In this document: one piece after another, positions 59,865-64,000 of the stretch | How the letters are laid out: the number at the start of each line of letters is the position of its first letter | Position numbering within the stretch: position 1 is the first letter of the stretch | Assembly (NCBI GenBank): GCA_002269645.1 | Contig: NIVC01000691.1 | Location: 62,001 to 126,000, forward strand | Source of the DNA: Macrostomum lignano | Taxonomy: Eukaryota | Direction of reading: 5' to 3' | Length of the DNA stretch: 64,000 nt | The notes under the pieces: generated by a model | Seen by the model: the letters and a program-made list of their open reading frames with translations, nothing else | What the model was told of the DNA's origin: nothing | Database searches by the model: none | Made by a program: the position numbers and the translations under genes

Positions 59865-60762
59865 TTATTCGAGATCTGCTTTCGGCAACAGTAGTCCACT
59901 GCCCATAACGTTTGCATTTAAGAAGATTCCAGAACCTGCTTTTGGTCGCATCTCGAGATATAATCCGCTTCCGTCATGTTTTTCAATGATGTTAAAATCT
60001 TTTCCTAATTTATTAAAAATCTTCTGAACGGCTGGTCTAAAATTGGCTCCAATATTGTCAAAAAATCCTTTAGCTTTCTCACTCGTTTTTTTTAAAGTTT
60101 GCCCAAACTCGTGTAGTTTATCCGCGAAAACTCCGCTTCCGTGGGTTGATCCTTGTAAGATTAAACCTTTTCCCGACGCTAACCTAGCTTCTGCATTTCT
60201 TTTTTGTGCTGGTGTTGCTGAACTACTATTAATAGTGTCTATGAGTTTCTGTTTGAATTGAGCATCCTGCGTTATTTGCTGTCTTTGAAATTCAGCATCT
60301 CGTTTAGCTTTTTCATCCGCAGCTTTTTTTTGCAAAAATTATTGGGAGCAAAGTTGCAAGTGGAGGTATACCCCCTTGTTTTGCTTTTAATTCTGCTAAC
60401 TGTTTTCGATAATCATGAATTCTTTTTCCTGCTAAACCGGCTGCTCCTGCTGCCCCAAGTCCTAAAAGAATTGGTAGAATGGGTAGTAATCCACCATCTT
60501 TTTTTATGTGGGTCTCCAATAAAAATTTCACATCAGAGTCTGTTAGCCGATAATTTTTACCACGGTTGTTAAAGGATATTGGCCTTCCTTCTTGTGCATA
60601 TTTTGAAGCAAGTTTAAATGTATCAATGTCGTAGTCAAGTTTTTTGCCTAAGCGATCCAATCTTTTCAACATTGCGTGGCTGTGTTTATTATCATCTAAA
60701 TCTAAAGTGTCTACAACCTCTGCTATAAAATATGGCCGATTTTCGTCATTAACTGAGTCCAT
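59865..60762 (-). CDS. Polinton/adenovirus pX(mu)-like core protein ORF, split by a 1-bp frameshift in an A8 run (~298 aa if corrected)
   Basis: KKDGGLLPILPILLGLGAAGAAGLAG..KQLAELK..GGIPPL, then AKKAADEKAKRDAEFQRQQ and repeated GKGL/GSGL/GSGI motifs. Confidence 0.65.
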
Positions 60763-60772
60763 TTTTATATTG

Positions 60773-61045
60773 TTAAAATTTCTTTAATCCTTTTCCGCCT
60801 TTTATTGTGGTTAACACTTTATTAAAATCCTGACTATCTTTATTGCAATAAAGCAATTCTGTTGGTTGTGCGTCTTGGGTTGCTTCCTGTGCTAGTTTCA
60901 AATCTTTTATTGCTTTTATTTGTGAGAGGGTGTCGTTAAATTCCCTCAATTTCTTTAGTTATTCTGCTGCTCTCGCTGCTTCGATTCCGCCCTTTATTTT
61001 TAGTAACAGAAAAAGAGACGAAGTGGAGGCACAATAGGTTGGGGT
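60773..61045 (-). pseudogene. Degenerate Polinton-type small ORF with two IKGG motifs
   Basis: KIKGGIEAARAAE*LKKLREF...LTTIKGGKGLKKF*; internal TAA at 60959-60961; ends 11 bp before the next ATG. Confidence 0.4.
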
Positions 61046-61535
61046 AGAATTGGAGCTTTTCTTTTAGAATGGCGCTTTTCTTTATAATTACAAAGATTGG
61101 CGCTAGTTGTGTTGCTGCCTTTCTCTCTATAAAGGAACAATGGGTGGTAAGAGAAAAGAGACGAATTATAACTTATGAATGGGCCAGTATGAAGTTTCAT
61201 ACTACAGAAAAAGACCCTTGGCGCCTGCGGCGCGGCCTGGGGTTACAGAGTGCTTGTGTGTGTTAGGGAGAGTTTGAGTACCATACAAAATTGCCAGCAA
61301 ACCAAAGCGAACGATGAGAGCAGAGCGTATTCTCAGAATTCAAAGAGAATTAATCGTTGTAAGTGTGAAATGAGTTGATTGACCGAAATGAAGCGGAGGA
61401 TGAGCGGAGCGAGTTGAGCGGAGTGAAGACGAGCGGTAATGAAAGGGAAATGAGCCATTTCACACTGATAAAGGGTTAAAATCATTTGATTTATGAGAAC
61501 GGTTTGCTGGCAATTTTGTATGGTATATTACTACT

Positions 61536-61820
61536 TAGGTCATACAGTTTTGATTCGGTCATAAATAGTTTAGGTCATAAGATTTAGATTCGGTCATACG
61601 AGTAACTGGTTTAGGTCATACGATTTCGATTCTGTCATAGATAGCTAAGGTCATGTGATTTGTATTTGGTCATAAATAGTTTAGGTCATAGTTTAGGTTT
61701 ACGATTTCGATTCGGTCATAGATAGCTAAGGTCATGTGATTTGTATTTGGTCATAAACAGTTTAGGTCATAGTTTAGGTTTAAGATTTCGATTCGGTCAT
61801 GTCTATTCTAAGGTCATTTG
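61536..61820. repeat. Degenerate TAGGTCATA/TTCGGTCATA tandem array, continuing at 59460-59569 on the other side of the Polinton
   Basis: Repeated ttaggtcata and ttcggtcata words on both flanks. Confidence 0.75.
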
Positions 61821-61828
61821 ACTCCCAC

Positions 61829-62184
61829 CTGACAATGGAAAGCAGCCGAACCACGGACAGAGCCACCAGCAGCCACAGCGCCAGGTCGCAAAACAGGTAC
61901 ACTGCAAAAGTGTGAATCTTGCAGGCGGCCAAGCCGATGCTTCGAATGTCGAAGTCTATCAGCAGCCTCTGCCAGTACCTGAGCACAGCGGTGAGCAGTA
62001 CGGCTGCATCGGCGGCTGCAAGGCAGATAAAAAACCTGCGAGTGTTCGCGCTGGCCAGACTGGGGAATCGCCAGAACACCGCGGCAGAGGCCAAGTGGCC
62101 AGCCAAGCCGCCGAACAGCAGGATGGTCAGGTAGACTTGGTAGATCCGCTTGGCAACGTCCTGGTGCTGCTCGATTGAGGCCAT
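61829..62184 (-). CDS. GPCR exon 1: TM1-TM3
   Basis: ATG at 62184; ILLFGGLAGHLAS (TM1), FFICLAAADAAVLL (TM2 LAxAD), ACKIHTF..LWLLVALSVVRL (TM3); donor GTC AG|GTGGGA (phase 2). Exons sum to 356+382+309 = 1047 nt = 348 aa + stop. Confidence 0.85.
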
Positions 62185-63057
62185 GCCAGACAGACAGAGT
62201 TTTCTGGGTTCTTTGCCAACACCTCTAAAAGCAGATCTGCAGAGAGCAGATCTCAGGTAAATTATACCCTATGGGATTTCTATAGGGGGGAGATCTCTCT
62301 CCCTATCGTGATTGGATTCCTCATCTAGACCACTCCCCACCGATGGGTTCACCTCGGGTGAGCGCAGACTGCAAGGCTCCGCAATTCTCTCTCGCGCATC
62401 CCTGCCTCAGCGTCTCTTGACTTAATTGCCAGGTATATTGCCCGAGAACTGCCTGCTAGCTTCGACGGGGAAGAGAGAGAGTGAGTGGAAGAATCAACGC
62501 TTTCGACAAGAAGAGCTCGCTCGGACACGAAATACAGCGGCAGTAGCGAATTTGAACTCTGTGGCCTCGGTGACCTCGAATAGTCACGGATTTTATTGGA
62601 GGAGTAGACTGTGCCGATTTCTCATTTCTGTGAACTGCTCGATTTCATTATCGCACCAGTTTTAACGAGGTTACTGCGAGGGGTGTACTGAAACTGTCTC
62701 CGAAAGTAGAACGTAAACTTTCAATAAAAATGCTACTGTGTAATACCATGGCAATAGAGTCACGGTTTGAAAATTTCATTGGGAGTGAGTACTGCTTGAT
62801 ACTCGTAGCTGGCTATGTTGACTTTGAAGAGCACAGAGACTGAAAATTCATACTCAAGCATCTGAAACGTGGTAGAGCTTGAGACAGCAAAGTTACATGA
62901 AGTCAACACGTTTTTGAAGTTCTAACGTCTTTAGTTTGTTCTTTTGTTTGCTTGCAGTCACCATGGATTTTTTGGTGGGGAGACAAAGCCAAGAATTCTA
63001 TATGTGCATGTTAATGACTAAATTGTGTGCTCACATTATTTTTAGAATTGGTGTTGT

Positions 63058-64000
63058 CAACACTCATTTTGGCGCCGCAGGCACTCATTTTGGCGCCGCA
63101 GGCACTCATTTTGCCACCACAGACACTTATTTTGGCGCCGCAGGCACTCATTTTGGCGCCGCAGGCACTCATTTTGCCACCACAGACACTTATTTTGGCG
63201 CCGCAGGCACTCATTTTGGCGCCGCAGGCACTCATTTTGCCACCACAGACACTTATTTTGGCGCCGCAGGCACTCATTTTGGCGCCGCAGGCACTCATTT
63301 TGCCACCACAGACACTCATTTTAGCGCCGCAGGCACTCATTTTGCCACCACAGACACTCATTTTGGCGCCGCAGGCACTCATTTTGGCGCCGCAGGCACT
63401 CATTTTGCCACCACAGACACTTATTTTGGCGCCGCAGGCACTCTATTTTGGCGCCGCAGGCACTCATTTTGGCGCCGCAGGCACTCATTTTGCCACCACA
63501 GGCACTCATTTTGGCGCCACAAGCACTGATTTTAGCGCGGCAGACACTCTATTTTGGCGCCACAAGCACTCATTTTGGCGCCACAAGCACTCATTTTGCC
63601 ACCACAGACACTCATTTTGGCGCCGCAGGCACTCATTTTGCCACCACAGACACTTATTTTGGCGCCGCAGGCACTCATTTTAGCGCCGCAGGCACTCTAT
63701 TTTGGCACCACAGGCACTCATTTTGGCGCCACAAGCACTCATTTTGGCACCACAGGCACTCATTTTGGCGCGGCAGGCACTCTATTTTGGCGCCACAAGC
63801 ACTCATTTTGGCGCCACAAGCACTCATTTTGGCACCACAGGCACTCATTTTGGCGCCACAAGCACTCATTTTGGCGCGGCAGGCACTCTTTTTTGGCGCC
63901 GCAGGCACTCATTTTGCCACCACAGACACTTATTTTGGCGCCGCAGGCACTCATTTTGCCACCACAGACACTTATTTTGGCGCCGCAGGCACTCTAGTTT
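63058..64000. repeat. 21-bp minisatellite family (TTTTGGCGCCGCAGGCACTCA)n, runs off the right edge
   Basis: Reverse complement of the 47007-48124 family, with ccaccacagac variants. Confidence 0.92.

Larger units (their letters stand above)
59570..61535. mobile_element. Non-autonomous mini-Polinton/Maverick (1966 bp)
   Basis: Termini AGTAGTAATATACCATACAAAATTGCCAGCAAACC...GGTTTGCTGGCAATTTTGTATGGTATATTACTACT; TIRs 59570-59803 and 61286-61535; 6-bp TSD TAGGTC at 59564-59569 and 61536-61541. Confidence 0.85.

Noticed and set aside
62936-63997. Repeat ORFs at the right end
   Set aside because: Same 21-bp minisatellite family; non-coding.

Overview
Eukaryotic (metazoan) genomic DNA. GC-rich ORFs, AT-rich spacers and many mini/microsatellites suggest a free-living flatworm such as Macrostomum; this is an inference from sequence style only. 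The left 34 kb is a minus-strand tandem cluster of HOIP/RNF31 (LUBAC catalytic subunit)-like RBR E3 ligase genes. It holds six long uninterrupted ORFs with seven RBR modules: one near-canonical PUB-Bbox-NZF-UBA-RBR-LDD copy, one predicted catalytically dead copy (Cys>Tyr) with a duplicated RING1, one chimeric double-RBR protein, and three shorter variants. There are also three partial relatives: an edge-truncated ORF at 1-943, a B-box-only ORF and an NZF-filamin fragment. The right half holds a 3-exon BCL11 orthologue surrounded by tandem arrays and a 3-exon class A GPCR on the minus strand. GPCR intron 2 hosts a decayed ankyrin + nucleotidyltransferase (cGLR/Mab21-like) gene. GPCR intron 1 hosts a 1966-bp mini-Polinton/Maverick with AGTAGT ends, a 6-bp TSD, self-palindromic TIRs and a cargo of adenovirus pX-like core-protein ORFs only. 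Two tRNA-derived SINE families, several MITEs and a LINE 3' remnant are also present.
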